This document shows, piece by piece, positions 35,313-44,762 of a DNA stretch of 64,000 nucleotides (position 1 is its first letter; every line of letters begins with the position of its first letter). The notes beneath the pieces are model-generated. The model was not told the origin of the DNA. It saw nothing but the letters and a program-made list of their open reading frames with translations, and did not search any database. A program made the position numbers and the translations under genes. The DNA is from a bacterium (GTDB lineage Bacteria > Bacillota_I > Bacilli_A > RFN20 > CAG-826), in contig CAVDSY010000022.1 of assembly GCA_963611815.1 (NCBI GenBank), forward strand, positions 93,539 to 157,538, written 5' to 3'.

Positions 35313-36806
35313 ATGGAACTCAATGAATGCGTCGCGAGGCTCGTCGCCTATTCGAAAAAGAACCTCTCCCTCCCCGAATTGGACGCCATCTACGTCGGCA
35401 ACCTCCTTTTTAAGGAGTGGGGGATCTCCGCGCCTTTCGAAGGCCAAATAGACGATGGCGAGTTCGCTTCTATGAGCCGCCCGGACAAACTTTGGGAAGA
35501 ACTCGTCGAAGCGCTGAAAGCCAAAGGGGTGGACGCTGGCGAAGCGGAAAGAGAAGCCGCCTATGCCTTCGGGCTCTTGACTAGCTCGCCAAGCCTTTGC
35601 GAGCGCAATTTCTTCTCCGCTTACCAAGACAGCTCCCCGAAAGCGGCCACCGACTATCTTTACGACCTCGGGGTCAAAAACGGCTACATCGCTCTCAGCA
35701 AGATCGAGAAGAACATCGTTTTCGATGCATCCTTCGCCTCCGAGCCTTCTATCGAGGTCACCATCAACCTCTCAAAGCCCGAAAAGAACAACAAAGACAT
35801 CGCCAAGCTCCTCACCAAAAAAGAGAACCTCGATTATCCGAAATGCTTCCTCTGCAAAGAAAACCTCGGCTATGAGGGGACCGCGAGCCACCCGGCCAGG
35901 GAAAACCTCCGCTTCGTCGGGCTCAACCTCGATGGCGAGAAATGGTACCTTCAGTATTCACCATACGGCTATTTCGAGGAGCATTGCATCGTCTTCTCCG
36001 CCTCCCACAGCCGGATGAGCGTATCCCAGCGCATCTTCAGCAAGCTCTTTGCCTTCGTCGATCTCTTCCCCCATTATTTCATCGGCTGCAACGCTGACCT
36101 CCCGATCGTTGGCGGCTCGATTCTCGACCATGAGCATTTCCAGGGCGGAGGCCATATGCTCCCATTGCTTGGCGCCTCGCCCAAGAATCGCTACGCTACT
36201 CCCAAGCACCCGAACACGAAGCTGGAGACCCTCGATTTCTACGTCTCTTGCCTCCGCCTCTCCGGTCCGTGCAAGGAAGAGATCCTCGATCTCGCCGGGA
36301 AGATCCTCGCCAAGTGGAGGGTTTATGATGATCCCGAGAACCTCATCTTCCACTCCGACGGAGAAGCCATGCACAACACCATCACCTCCCTTGCCAAGAA
36401 GGAGGGGGATATCTATTATCTCTTTCTCATCCTAAGGAACAACCGGACGGATGAGACCTACCCAGATGGCATCTTCCACGCCCATCCCGAGTACTTCCAC
36501 ATCAAAAAGGAAGGAATCGGGCTCATCGAGGCCGCCGGACGCTTCATCTTGCCCGCCCGCCTCGTTAGGCAAAGCAAGCTCATCGAAGAAGGGTTGGCGA
36601 AGGGGCAGAGCGATGAACAAATAATCGCAGAGAACCCCGAATTGGCCGATTTCGGAAGAATGATCGACGCCTTGAGAGACGGGATGAGCATCCAAGATTA
36701 TCTTGGGGACGTCTGTCAGAACATCCTCAAGAACGTCGCAGTTTACAAAGACACCGCGAAAGGTGAGAAAGGATTGGAGAGATTCCTCCAAAGCATTGAA
36801 TTATGA
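35313..36806 (+). CDS. galT: UDP-glucose--hexose-1-phosphate uridylyltransferase (type 2, Gram-positive GalT)
   Basis: 497 aa. The length and blocks (CFLCKENLGYEG, SILDHEHFQGG) fit the Firmicutes-type GalT. Confidence 0.85.
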   Translation: MELNECVARLVAYSKKNLSLPELDAIYVGNLLFKEWGISAPFEGQIDDGEFASMSRPDKLWEELVEALKAKGVDAGEAEREAAYAFGLLTSSPSLCERNFFSAYQDSSPKAATDYLYDLGVKNGYIALSKIEKNIVFDASFASEPSIEVTINLSKPEKNNKDIAKLLTKKENLDYPKCFLCKENLGYEGTASHPARENLRFVGLNLDGEKWYLQYSPYGYFEEHCIVFSASHSRMSVSQRIFSKLFAFVDLFPHYFIGCNADLPIVGGSILDHEHFQGGGHMLPLLGASPKNRYATPKHPNTKLETLDFYVSCLRLSGPCKEEILDLAGKILAKWRVYDDPENLIFHSDGEAMHNTITSLAKKEGDIYYLFLILRNNRTDETYPDGIFHAHPEYFHIKKEGIGLIEAAGRFILPARLVRQSKLIEEGLAKGQSDEQIIAENPELADFGRMIDALRDGMSIQDYLGDVCQNILKNVAVYKDTAKGEKGLERFLQSIEL

Positions 36807-37978
36807 TCCGCAGAGAACAAGCTGACGCCCTCTTCTACAAAGAGTTCGGCAACATCGAGAGAAAGCATTATTTCTCCCATGGCCGCATCGAGATAATCGG
36901 CAACCATACCGACCACAACAACGGCCTTTGCCTCGTCGGGGGCAGCACCCTCGGAATCACCGCCAGCGTCGCCAAAAACGACCTCGGCACCGTCCGCATC
37001 GCCTCGACCGGCTACCGCCCTTACGAATTTGACATCAATTCCATCTCAGCCGATCCGAAGGAGAAAGGCACCTCATTGGCCCTCACCAAAGGCGTCCTCT
37101 TCGCCCTAAAAAAGCTCGGCTACAAAATCGGCGGCTTCTTCGCGGCGCTGGATAGCGACATCCCTTCAGGCTCCGGCGTTTCCTCTTCGGCCTGCTATGA
37201 AGCCCTCATCGGCGAGATAATCAACAATCTATATAACGATGGCAAGATTGATCCGCATGATCTCGCTTTCGCAAGCCAATACGCCGAGGTTCTCTTCTTC
37301 GGGAAGCCCTGCGGCATGCTTGACCAAGTCGGCTGCTGCTATGGCGGGGTCAATTACCTCGATTTCAAAGACGCCCAGAACCCGATAATCGAGCCTTTGG
37401 AGTTCAATTTGCCTCTCACCCCCGTCCTCGTGCTCACCAAGTCGAGCCATGAGGGCCTCGATTCCCTTTACGCAAGCATCCCTAACGACATGAAAGCCGT
37501 CGCGAGCAACGTCTTCGGCAAGAAAGTGCTGCGCGAGGTCGACCCCCAGGATTTCTACAAATACATTTCTCAGCCCACCGAAGGCGTCAGCGAGATTGCC
37601 AAACTCCGCGCCACCCATTACATGGACGAGAACAAGCGCGTCCTCGAGGCGAGAAGGGCTTTGCTGGGCCACGATATCGCCACTTTCCTTCAGAGCATCA
37701 GGATGAGCGGGGAAAGTTCGAAGGCCTTGCTCCAAAATACGATGGTGCCTGGAAAATACAAGAATTCGCCGCAAGAGGCGGTGGACGTCGCCCAACGGTT
37801 TATCGGCGACGGCGCCTGCCGCATCATGGGCGGAGGCTTCGCCGGCAGCATCCTCTGCTTCCTTTTGCCCAAAGACAAGGACAATTTCGTCCGCGCGATG
37901 AAAGGCATCTACGGGGACAAGAACGTCCTTGAGGAAAGCTTCACCCCCGGCGGGGCCAGAATGATCGATGAGGACTGA
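36803..37978 (+). CDS. galK: galactokinase
   Basis: 391 aa. GRIEIIGNHTDHNNG is the galactokinase signature and IPSGSGVSSSA is the GHMP kinase motif. It overlaps galT by 4 nt. Confidence 0.9.
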   Translation: MIRREQADALFYKEFGNIERKHYFSHGRIEIIGNHTDHNNGLCLVGGSTLGITASVAKNDLGTVRIASTGYRPYEFDINSISADPKEKGTSLALTKGVLFALKKLGYKIGGFFAALDSDIPSGSGVSSSACYEALIGEIINNLYNDGKIDPHDLAFASQYAEVLFFGKPCGMLDQVGCCYGGVNYLDFKDAQNPIIEPLEFNLPLTPVLVLTKSSHEGLDSLYASIPNDMKAVASNVFGKKVLREVDPQDFYKYISQPTEGVSEIAKLRATHYMDENKRVLEARRALLGHDIATFLQSIRMSGESSKALLQNTMVPGKYKNSPQEAVDVAQRFIGDGACRIMGGGFAGSILCFLLPKDKDNFVRAMKGIYGDKNVLEESFTPGGARMIDED

Positions 37979-37982
37979 GAAA

Positions 37983-39464
37983 ATGGAAAAAACGTCGCGC
38001 AAAGCCGGGATTCTTATCGGCGTTGCCTCGTTGCCGGGCGAATACGGCATCGGCGATTTTGGCAAGAACAGCTACCGCTTCATCGACAAGCTCGCCTCCG
38101 CGGGCTTTTCCCTTTGGCAGATTCTTCCTCTTGCCCCCTTGGGCTATGGGCATTCTCCTTATCAGCCTTTCAGCTCTTTCGCGATGGATGAGATCTACCT
38201 CGATTTGGACGCGTTATACGATGAAGGGCTCATCGAGAAGCCTTCTCCTTTCATGGGCGAAACTGACAAAATCGCCTACGAAGACGTCAGAGCTTATAAG
38301 CTCCCTTATCTCCGACAGGCATTTTTAGCGGAAAAGAAAAGGGCTCCGCGCTGCCTCTCTTCCTTCAAAAAGAGCCACGCTTGGGCAAGCGATTACTCCG
38401 TCTTCGCCTCCTTCCACGAAAAGCATCAGGCTTCTTGGGACACCTGGCCGCTAGAGGAGAGGGATTGGATCAAAGAAAGGCCCGCTTTGAGAGGCAAAAA
38501 GAAAGAAGAGGCCGATTTCCGCCTCTACCTCCAATACAAACTTTACCAGCAATGGGACAAACTTCATGCCTATGCGAAAAGCAAGGGCATAGAGATAATC
38601 GGCGACCTCCCTTTCTATGTGGGGTTCGATTCCTGCGACGTCTGGAGAAACCAAGATACCTTCTTGCTTGACCCCTCATCCAAGCAACCCACCTTCATCG
38701 CCGGAGTCCCTCCTGATTATTTCTCCGCCACCGGCCAGCGCTGGGGCAACCCGATATACGACTGGGAGAAGCTCGCGAAAGAGGATTTCGCCTTCATCGA
38801 GAATCGCATCGCCCTCAATGCGAAGATATATGATATTCTCCGCCTCGACCATTTCCGTGCCTTCGACACCTATTGGAAAATCCCCTCATCCTGCCCGACG
38901 GCGGTGGAAGGGGAGTGGGTGGAAGCCCCTGGCTACGCCCTTTTCGACTCGCTTTTTGCCAAATACCCCGAGCTCAACATCATCGCCGAGGATCTCGGTG
39001 ATCTGCGCCCGGAGGTCCTCACCCTCCGCGACCATTATTCCTTCCCGGGGATGAACGTCATCGAGTTCACTTTCCATGACTACGAGCTTTCCCACAAAGG
39101 CAAATGGGATGAAGAGAACGCGGTTTGCTACCTCGGCACCCACGACAACGAGACCATCATCGGCTTCTTCTACGATCTCCCTGAGCATGAGCAAGCAGAA
39201 TGGGTCTATGCGCTTGAGCAAAAAGGCATCGACCAAGGGCCGATGAACGATCGCCTCATCAGGTATTGCTTCCAGAAAAAGGCCAAGTACGCGCTCGTTT
39301 CCATGCAAGACATCCTTGGCTTGGACAAAGAGGCCCGCACGAATATCCCGAGCACCGTCGATAACAGGAATTGGACCTGGAAGATGAGCGACTTCGCCTC
39401 CTTTGACGAGAAGCTTCCCTCTTTGGAGAAAGTCCTTGAGGAGACTGGAAGAAAGGCGTTATGA
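37983..39464 (+). CDS. malQ: 4-alpha-glucanotransferase (amylomaltase, GH77)
   Basis: The N-terminus MEKTSRKAGILIGVASLPGEYGIGDFG is typical of MalQ. Other blocks are RLDHFRAF, GTHDN and the C-terminal NWTWKM. Confidence 0.9.
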   Translation: MEKTSRKAGILIGVASLPGEYGIGDFGKNSYRFIDKLASAGFSLWQILPLAPLGYGHSPYQPFSSFAMDEIYLDLDALYDEGLIEKPSPFMGETDKIAYEDVRAYKLPYLRQAFLAEKKRAPRCLSSFKKSHAWASDYSVFASFHEKHQASWDTWPLEERDWIKERPALRGKKKEEADFRLYLQYKLYQQWDKLHAYAKSKGIEIIGDLPFYVGFDSCDVWRNQDTFLLDPSSKQPTFIAGVPPDYFSATGQRWGNPIYDWEKLAKEDFAFIENRIALNAKIYDILRLDHFRAFDTYWKIPSSCPTAVEGEWVEAPGYALFDSLFAKYPELNIIAEDLGDLRPEVLTLRDHYSFPGMNVIEFTFHDYELSHKGKWDEENAVCYLGTHDNETIIGFFYDLPEHEQAEWVYALEQKGIDQGPMNDRLIRYCFQKKAKYALVSMQDILGLDKEARTNIPSTVDNRNWTWKMSDFASFDEKLPSLEKVLEETGRKAL

Positions 39465-40759
39465 AGAAACGCGTTGCCCTCGTTAGCCTCGGTTGCGCGA
39501 AAAACCTCGTCGATTCCGAGGAGATGCTTGCGATGTTCCCTTCCGACCGCTTCGAGCTTTCCTCTCGCCCCGAAGGCGCCGACCTTATCTTGGTCAATAC
39601 CTGCGGCTTCATCAACTCGGCGAAGAAGGAGTCGATTGAGACCATTTTGCAAATGGCGTCCCTGAAAAAAGGAGGCGCCAAGCTCGTCGTCACCGGCTGC
39701 CTGGCCGAGCGCTATGCCGATGAACTCCGCAAAGAGATTCCCGAAGCCGACCTCGTCGTGCCGCTCAAGGATTATCCCAACCTCTCGAACATGCTTATGG
39801 GCTTGCTCGGCGAGGCGGAGATCTCGCCGATGAACCCTTTGAACAGGCTGCTTTCGACCGCTTCTTATTCCGCTTATCTGCGCATCAGCGACGGCTGCAA
39901 CAATTTCTGCTCCTTCTGCGCGATCCCTTTCATTAGGGGGCGCTTCAAATCGCGTCCATACGAGGAAGTACTCGCGGAAGCCCGCAAGCTGAAGGGAATG
40001 GGGGTAAAGGAAATCTCCCTGATCTCGCAAGACACCACGATTTACGGCACCGACCTTGAGAAAGGCCATGATATCGTCGCTTTGTTGAAAGACCTGGAGA
40101 AGATCGGTTTCTACTCGATTCGGCTCCTTTATCTATATCCAAGCGAGATAAGCGACGAACTCATAGAGACCATAGCCCAAAGCAAAGTGATTGCCCATTA
40201 CTTCGACATCCCCGTCCAGTGTGCAAGCGACCATCTTCTGTCTCTCATGAAGCGCCACGCCGATCAGAAAGAGACGGTTGAACTTTTCCGCAAAATCAGG
40301 AGGGTTTGCCCCGACGCGATCCTCCGCACCACCCTCATCTCCGGCTTCCCCGGCGAAAATGAGGAAGACCAGAAAGAGACCCTCGAATTCCTCAAGGAAA
40401 TAGCCTTCGACAAGATGGGCTGCTTCCTTTATTCCCGCGAGGAGGGGACCGCTTCCTATAACTACCCTGACCAAATCAAGGAGGCGACGAAAAAGAAGAG
40501 GCGCGCCGAGCTGATGAAACTGCAGGCCGGCATCTCCTTTGAAAAGAACAAGGGGCACGTCGGCGAGACGATGGAGGGGATAGTCATCGGCAAAGAGAAG
40601 AACGGCAACCGCTATCTTCTCCGCTCCTATTGGAATGCGCCGGATGACATCGACGGCAGCATCCTCTTCACCTCTTCTGCCCCTGTCAAGGAAGGGGACA
40701 TCGTCAAGGTCAAGATCAAAGAAGCCCTCGTTTACGACCTCATTGGCGAGATGGACTAA
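39461..40759 (+). CDS. rimO: ribosomal protein S12 methylthiotransferase (radical SAM MTTase)
   Basis: 432 aa. It has N-terminal VSLGCAKNLVDSE, the radical SAM motif CNNFCSFC and a C-terminal TRAM domain. It overlaps malQ by 4 nt. Confidence 0.85.
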   Translation: MKKRVALVSLGCAKNLVDSEEMLAMFPSDRFELSSRPEGADLILVNTCGFINSAKKESIETILQMASLKKGGAKLVVTGCLAERYADELRKEIPEADLVVPLKDYPNLSNMLMGLLGEAEISPMNPLNRLLSTASYSAYLRISDGCNNFCSFCAIPFIRGRFKSRPYEEVLAEARKLKGMGVKEISLISQDTTIYGTDLEKGHDIVALLKDLEKIGFYSIRLLYLYPSEISDELIETIAQSKVIAHYFDIPVQCASDHLLSLMKRHADQKETVELFRKIRRVCPDAILRTTLISGFPGENEEDQKETLEFLKEIAFDKMGCFLYSREEGTASYNYPDQIKEATKKKRRAELMKLQAGISFEKNKGHVGETMEGIVIGKEKNGNRYLLRSYWNAPDDIDGSILFTSSAPVKEGDIVKVKIKEALVYDLIGEMD

Positions 40760-40778
40760 GAATCGCCTTAGTTTAGTT

Positions 40779-40826
40779 AAAACCGCGCAAAAACCGATTA
40801 TTCTTCCGTTTTGCGCGGTTTTCTTT
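40779..40826 (+). terminator. intrinsic terminator after rimO
   Basis: Perfect 14-bp stem AAAACCGCGCAAAA / TTTTGCGCGGTTTT with a 16-nt loop, followed by a T-rich tail. Confidence 0.85.
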
Positions 40827-40898
40827 GCTTAATATATGGATTTATTGCGGCGTTTTCTGAAAGCTTTCAATCCTTCCATTTCTTTTTGAAAAAAGTTG

Positions 40899-40927
40899 TT
40901 GCCCCTCTAATAGGCGGTGGATATAAT
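40899..40927 (+). promoter_or_regulatory. promoter of tRNA-Thr: TTGCCC-17-TATAAT
   Basis: Hexamers read directly. Confidence 0.6.
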
Positions 40928-40971
40928 CTTTCACGCCGAACGAGTTTGTAGCGAGCCCGAATCGGCATACC

Positions 40972-41045
40972 GCCCTCATAGTTCAGCGGTAGAACGGATC
41001 CATGGTAAGGATCAGACCTCTTTTCGACTAAGGGTGAGGGCACCA
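40972..41045 (+). tRNA. tRNA-Thr (anticodon GGT)
   Basis: Manual cloverleaf, 74 nt:
- Acceptor GCCCTCA/TGAGGGC.
- D arm GTTC-AGCGGTA-GAAC.
- Anticodon arm GATCC-ATGGTAA-GGATC.
- T arm CTCTT-TTCGACT-AAGGG.
- ACCA encoded. Confidence 0.85.
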
Positions 41046-41056
41046 ATGGGAAATCG

Positions 41057-41080
41057 CCCCGGAGCAATCCGGGGTTTTCT
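41057..41080 (+). terminator. intrinsic terminator after tRNA-Thr
   Basis: CCCCGGA-GCAA-TCCGGGG followed by TTTTCTT. Confidence 0.85.
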
Positions 41081-41241
41081 TGTTCTTGAGGACCTTTTCC
41101 TTTATACTTCACCCATGGAAAGAAACTCATCGTCGGTTGAAGCGTCTTCCTAAGCGCTTAGCCGAAAGGCGCTTTGGTGGGCCTTTTTTCGGTTATCGCC
41201 AGCGTCAGAATTTCCAATATTTCAAAGGAGCAATTAAAACC

Positions 41242-42099
41242 ATGAGAATCGCAATCACCGCTGAAAGCACCATCGATCTGCCGAAGAACCTTCTTGAGGA
41301 ATTCGACATCCGCACCGTGCCCTTCAGCGTCACAATGGGGGACAAAAGCGGCCTCGACGGGGAAGTGACCCCGGACGAGGAATTCGCCTACACCAAAGCC
41401 ACCGGCAAATTGCCGCACACCGCCGCGGTCAATCCCTTCCAATACGAGGAATTCTTCGCCGATGTCCTCAAAGACCATGACCATATCATCCATTTCTCCC
41501 TTTCCTCAGGTATCTCAAAAGCCTGCGAGAACGCCAACCTCGTCTCGCACGAGGAGGCCTTCGAAGGAAAGGTCGACGTGATTGACACCCTTTCTCTATC
41601 CACTGGCATCGCATTGCAGGCCATCTATGCAAGCAAACTTGCCAAAGAGGGCCTTGAAGTCAGCGAGATCCTTGAGAAATGCCGCGCGAGGATCCCTTAT
41701 TGCCAAGCCTCTTTCTCCTTGGAGAGCGTCGACAATCTCTACAAAGGGGGCAGATGCTCTGCTTTGGCGATGGTCGGGGCCAATATCCTCAAGATCAAGC
41801 CGGAGATTTACGTCCAGAACGGCAAGATGATCGCCGGCAAGAAATACAGAGGCAGCATGGACGCCGTGGTGGGACATTACGTTGACGACACCCTCGCCTC
41901 TTTCTCCAACCCCGACAAATCCCTGGTCTTCATCACCTACTCGACCGCGACGGAAGAGGCGCTCAAGGTCGCGAAAGACAAACTAATCGCCGCCGGCTTC
42001 GAGCGCATCGAATACACCACCGCAGGGGCGACGATCGCCTGCTATTGCGGCCCGCATTGCCTTGGCATTCTCTATATAAACGACGGAGGCGCGAAATGA
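41242..42099 (+). CDS. DegV family fatty-acid-binding protein
   Basis: The start MRIAITAESTIDLP follows an AAAGGAG SD. The length (285 aa) and blocks (IHFSLSSGIS, DTLSLSTG) fit DegV. Confidence 0.85.
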   Translation: MRIAITAESTIDLPKNLLEEFDIRTVPFSVTMGDKSGLDGEVTPDEEFAYTKATGKLPHTAAVNPFQYEEFFADVLKDHDHIIHFSLSSGISKACENANLVSHEEAFEGKVDVIDTLSLSTGIALQAIYASKLAKEGLEVSEILEKCRARIPYCQASFSLESVDNLYKGGRCSALAMVGANILKIKPEIYVQNGKMIAGKKYRGSMDAVVGHYVDDTLASFSNPDKSLVFITYSTATEEALKVAKDKLIAAGFERIEYTTAGATIACYCGPHCLGILYINDGGAK

Positions 42100-43208
42100 A
42101 GAAAAAGATAGCCTCACTCGCCCTTTTGCCCCTTCTCCTCTCTTGTTCAAGCGAGGCGAAGCCGGGGCTTGAAGACTACATCAAGACCCTGCCCCTTTTC
42201 GATTCGCAATCCTCTTTGCGCATCCTCCAGCTCACCGATATCCATTGGAATTTCACCACGGACATGGACAAGCAGACCGCTTACATCAATGCCTTGGTGA
42301 AAAACGCGAGCCCCGACCTCGTGATGATCACCGGCGATCAGGTCCTGACTGCGACGAAAGAGAACTATGAGACCCTCTTCGACGTCTTCGAGGGCTTCTC
42401 CGAGCTTCTAGGCAAAGACATCTACTATGGGGTGACCTGGGGCAACCACGACCAGCAAGGATATTGGGATGCCTATTATTCGGGCCGCCTCGCCGGAAAA
42501 TACAAACATTCCCTCTATCTTGAGGTCGAAGACGAGCTGACCGGCGAGAGTAACTACGTGATCAATCTCACCAAAGGCGGCAAGACCCTTTGGCAGCTTT
42601 ACGCGCTTGACACCAACTCTCTGGCTTACAGCTTTCCCGACTTCAAATACTCTTACGACACCGTCCATCCTGAGCAGGTGACCTGGTTCGGCGAGGAGGT
42701 CAGCAAAGCCAAAGCCGAGAATCCGAACGTGAAATCCGTCCTCTATTTCCACATCCCCCTTTGGGAGACCGAATACGCCTATCGCCTTGCCAATCCCTCT
42801 TTGAATGATTACAAGACGGTAGAGGGCTCCATCAAGCGTCATTCCGGAGAGATCAGGGAGAATCGAAAAAGCAGGGGGGACCTCGGCCCCACCAACATGG
42901 GGACGAGCAATACCCGCAGCAACCTTTTCGAGGTGGCCGAGAGCCTCGGGACGACGGTCGCGATGTTCTATGGCCATGACCATATCAACGACTTCGCCGC
43001 CGAATACAGCATCAAGGGCGAGAACTACATCTCCTTGGTCTATGGCCTCAAGACGGGAGATGGCCTTTATTACGACAAAGACATGCTCGGAGGCACGATA
43101 ATCGACATCAAAGACGACATGAGCTATTCGCTCAGCCGCGCCTATCAGTTCTATGAGGAGAGCTATGAGGGCGGGGCCGGATACGCATTGGAGGCGATGT
43201 ACGAATGA
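42096..43208 (+). CDS. lipoprotein, calcineurin-like metallophosphoesterase
   Basis: The signal peptide has a lipobox (LLPLLLSC). Phosphoesterase motifs DIHW, GDQV, GNHD and GHDH are present. It overlaps degV by ATGA. Confidence 0.75.
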   Translation: MKKKIASLALLPLLLSCSSEAKPGLEDYIKTLPLFDSQSSLRILQLTDIHWNFTTDMDKQTAYINALVKNASPDLVMITGDQVLTATKENYETLFDVFEGFSELLGKDIYYGVTWGNHDQQGYWDAYYSGRLAGKYKHSLYLEVEDELTGESNYVINLTKGGKTLWQLYALDTNSLAYSFPDFKYSYDTVHPEQVTWFGEEVSKAKAENPNVKSVLYFHIPLWETEYAYRLANPSLNDYKTVEGSIKRHSGEIRENRKSRGDLGPTNMGTSNTRSNLFEVAESLGTTVAMFYGHDHINDFAAEYSIKGENYISLVYGLKTGDGLYYDKDMLGGTIIDIKDDMSYSLSRAYQFYEESYEGGAGYALEAMYE

Positions 43209-44113
43209 GTCTCAAAAAGAAAAACATAATCTTGCTTTTCGCCGAAGCCATTTTCTTCGCTCTCGGCGGGCTCGCCCTTTTCCACATCCTCTGGTTCTTC
43301 GTCCAGGACGTGAATTCCACCGATCTCAGCGGTGCGACTTTCATCCCTTATTATTTCTCTTCCTTCATCCCCGTCTATATCGCCTACGCCTTCCAAATCA
43401 TCCGTCATCCGCGCGATGAGAAAAGCAAGAAGAGAGCCCTTTTGGGACATGGCATCGCCATCTCATCCCTTTCCTTCGTCAGTTTGCTTCTTTGCATCAT
43501 CTACCTTGCCTCGGGCATCTACCCTTCGCTCATCATCCATCGCGGCGGGCCGCTTTTCCCTCTGTCGACGATTATCTTCAGCCTTATCGCTCTCCTCGTC
43601 GGCGCCGCCTTTATCCTCTTCGCGACCAAGCTCTTCTCTTGGAATGAAGAAGAAGCCTGCCCAAAGAGGAAATATCAGCTTGTCTCCACGATCCTTCTTT
43701 TCGTCTACAGCGTCTTCGCCGCCGGATTCCTCGGGGATTTCCTGCTTTTCCCGGTCATGATGGATTATTCGTGCAGGAATTTCTTCCAGTGCCTGCCGAC
43801 CATCCTCCTCATGGCTTTGCCTTCCCTCGTCTTGCTCCGCAGAGAGATCTGCGCGACTTTCGTCGAGAAAAGCAAGAGGCCCTCATTGGAACTCAAATTC
43901 CTTTGCATTGAAGGCGGCGCGGGAGTCGTCCTCGCGGCCTGGATGGCCATCTCGCTTGCCTGCCGCCCGATGTTCATCGTCGAGTCGATGACCTCTTTCT
44001 TCCCCATCGACTTCATGGGCTCGATGGCCATTGGCCCTTACGCCCTTTTCTTCCTCAACCTCATCTACCCCATCGTGGCCTTCCTCTTCTTTTTGAAGAG
44101 GCCCGCTGAATGA
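43205..44113 (+). CDS. polytopic membrane protein of unknown function
   Basis: 302 aa with about 8 hydrophobic segments. It is coupled by ATGA to the preceding gene. No recognisable motif. Confidence 0.5.
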   Translation: MSLKKKNIILLFAEAIFFALGGLALFHILWFFVQDVNSTDLSGATFIPYYFSSFIPVYIAYAFQIIRHPRDEKSKKRALLGHGIAISSLSFVSLLLCIIYLASGIYPSLIIHRGGPLFPLSTIIFSLIALLVGAAFILFATKLFSWNEEEACPKRKYQLVSTILLFVYSVFAAGFLGDFLLFPVMMDYSCRNFFQCLPTILLMALPSLVLLRREICATFVEKSKRPSLELKFLCIEGGAGVVLAAWMAISLACRPMFIVESMTSFFPIDFMGSMAIGPYALFFLNLIYPIVAFLFFLKRPAE

Positions 44114-44164
44114 GGGAAGTCCCCACCGGGGCTCCTTTGATTGCGACTTTTCGCTCTGCGGCTG

Positions 44165-44194
44165 TTGCAACAGGCTGCCCGTTGATTTTATAAT
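44165..44194 (+). promoter_or_regulatory. promoter of the rimP-nusA-infB operon: TTGCAA-18-TATAAT
   Basis: Hexamers read directly. Confidence 0.6.
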
Positions 44195-44240
44195 AGCCGC
44201 GCGGAAATCCAGGACTTGGTTCCGTCGAAAACACACTGAC

Positions 44241-44272
44241 AGAGTGGCCCTGGGACCACTCTTTCTTGTTTT
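44241..44272 (+). terminator. leader terminator/attenuator just upstream of the rimP ribosome-binding site
   Basis: AGAGTGG-(8-nt loop)-CCACTCT followed by TTCTTGTTTT. The GGAGG SD at 44273-44277 and ATG 44283 follow immediately. Confidence 0.6.
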
Positions 44273-44282
44273 GGAGGAAAAA

Positions 44283-44741
44283 ATGGAAGAAGAAAAGAAA
44301 ACCCATTCGCTGTTGGAAGGGCCCTTGAAGGAAAAGGGCTATGACCTCGTTAGCGTCCTCTTCCACCCCTGCAAAGAGGGGATGAAGCTCGAGGTTGTCG
44401 TCGACCGCGTCGAGCCGATTGGCCTCGATGAGATCATCTCCCTTTCCGAGCTCATCTCGCAGATCCTCGATGAGAACGACCCGATAGGCGGCGCCTACAC
44501 CCTCGACGTGAGCTCCGCCGGCGCGGAGAAGCCCATCAAGCTCGAGAATCTCGGCAAGTACGTTGGGAAATACGTCCACCTCCATCTGAGCCACCCTTTC
44601 GAAGGGGAGAACTCCTTGGAAGGCACGCTTGAGGAATATGGGGAGCAAGCGACCCTCGCCTACTTTGTGAAAGGGCGCAAAAAGAAAGCCGCCTTCCCGA
44701 GCAAAGACATCGACCAAGCCCGCTTAGCCATCAAATTCTAG
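44283..44741 (+). CDS. rimP: ribosome maturation factor RimP
   Basis: 152 aa. It occupies the position upstream of nusA. The pattern LLEGPLKEKGYDLVSV...LEVVVD...LDVSSAG is typical of RimP. Confidence 0.85.
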   Translation: MEEEKKTHSLLEGPLKEKGYDLVSVLFHPCKEGMKLEVVVDRVEPIGLDEIISLSELISQILDENDPIGGAYTLDVSSAGAEKPIKLENLGKYVGKYVHLHLSHPFEGENSLEGTLEEYGEQATLAYFVKGRKKKAAFPSKDIDQARLAIKF

Positions 44742-44762
44742 GAAAGTAAAAGGAAAACAAAC

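Noticed and set aside
40867-41153. ORFs 40867-41130 (-) and 40917-41153 (+) around tRNA-Thr
   Set aside because: Both overlap the tRNA-Thr gene and its promoter and terminator. There is no SD and no protein-like composition.
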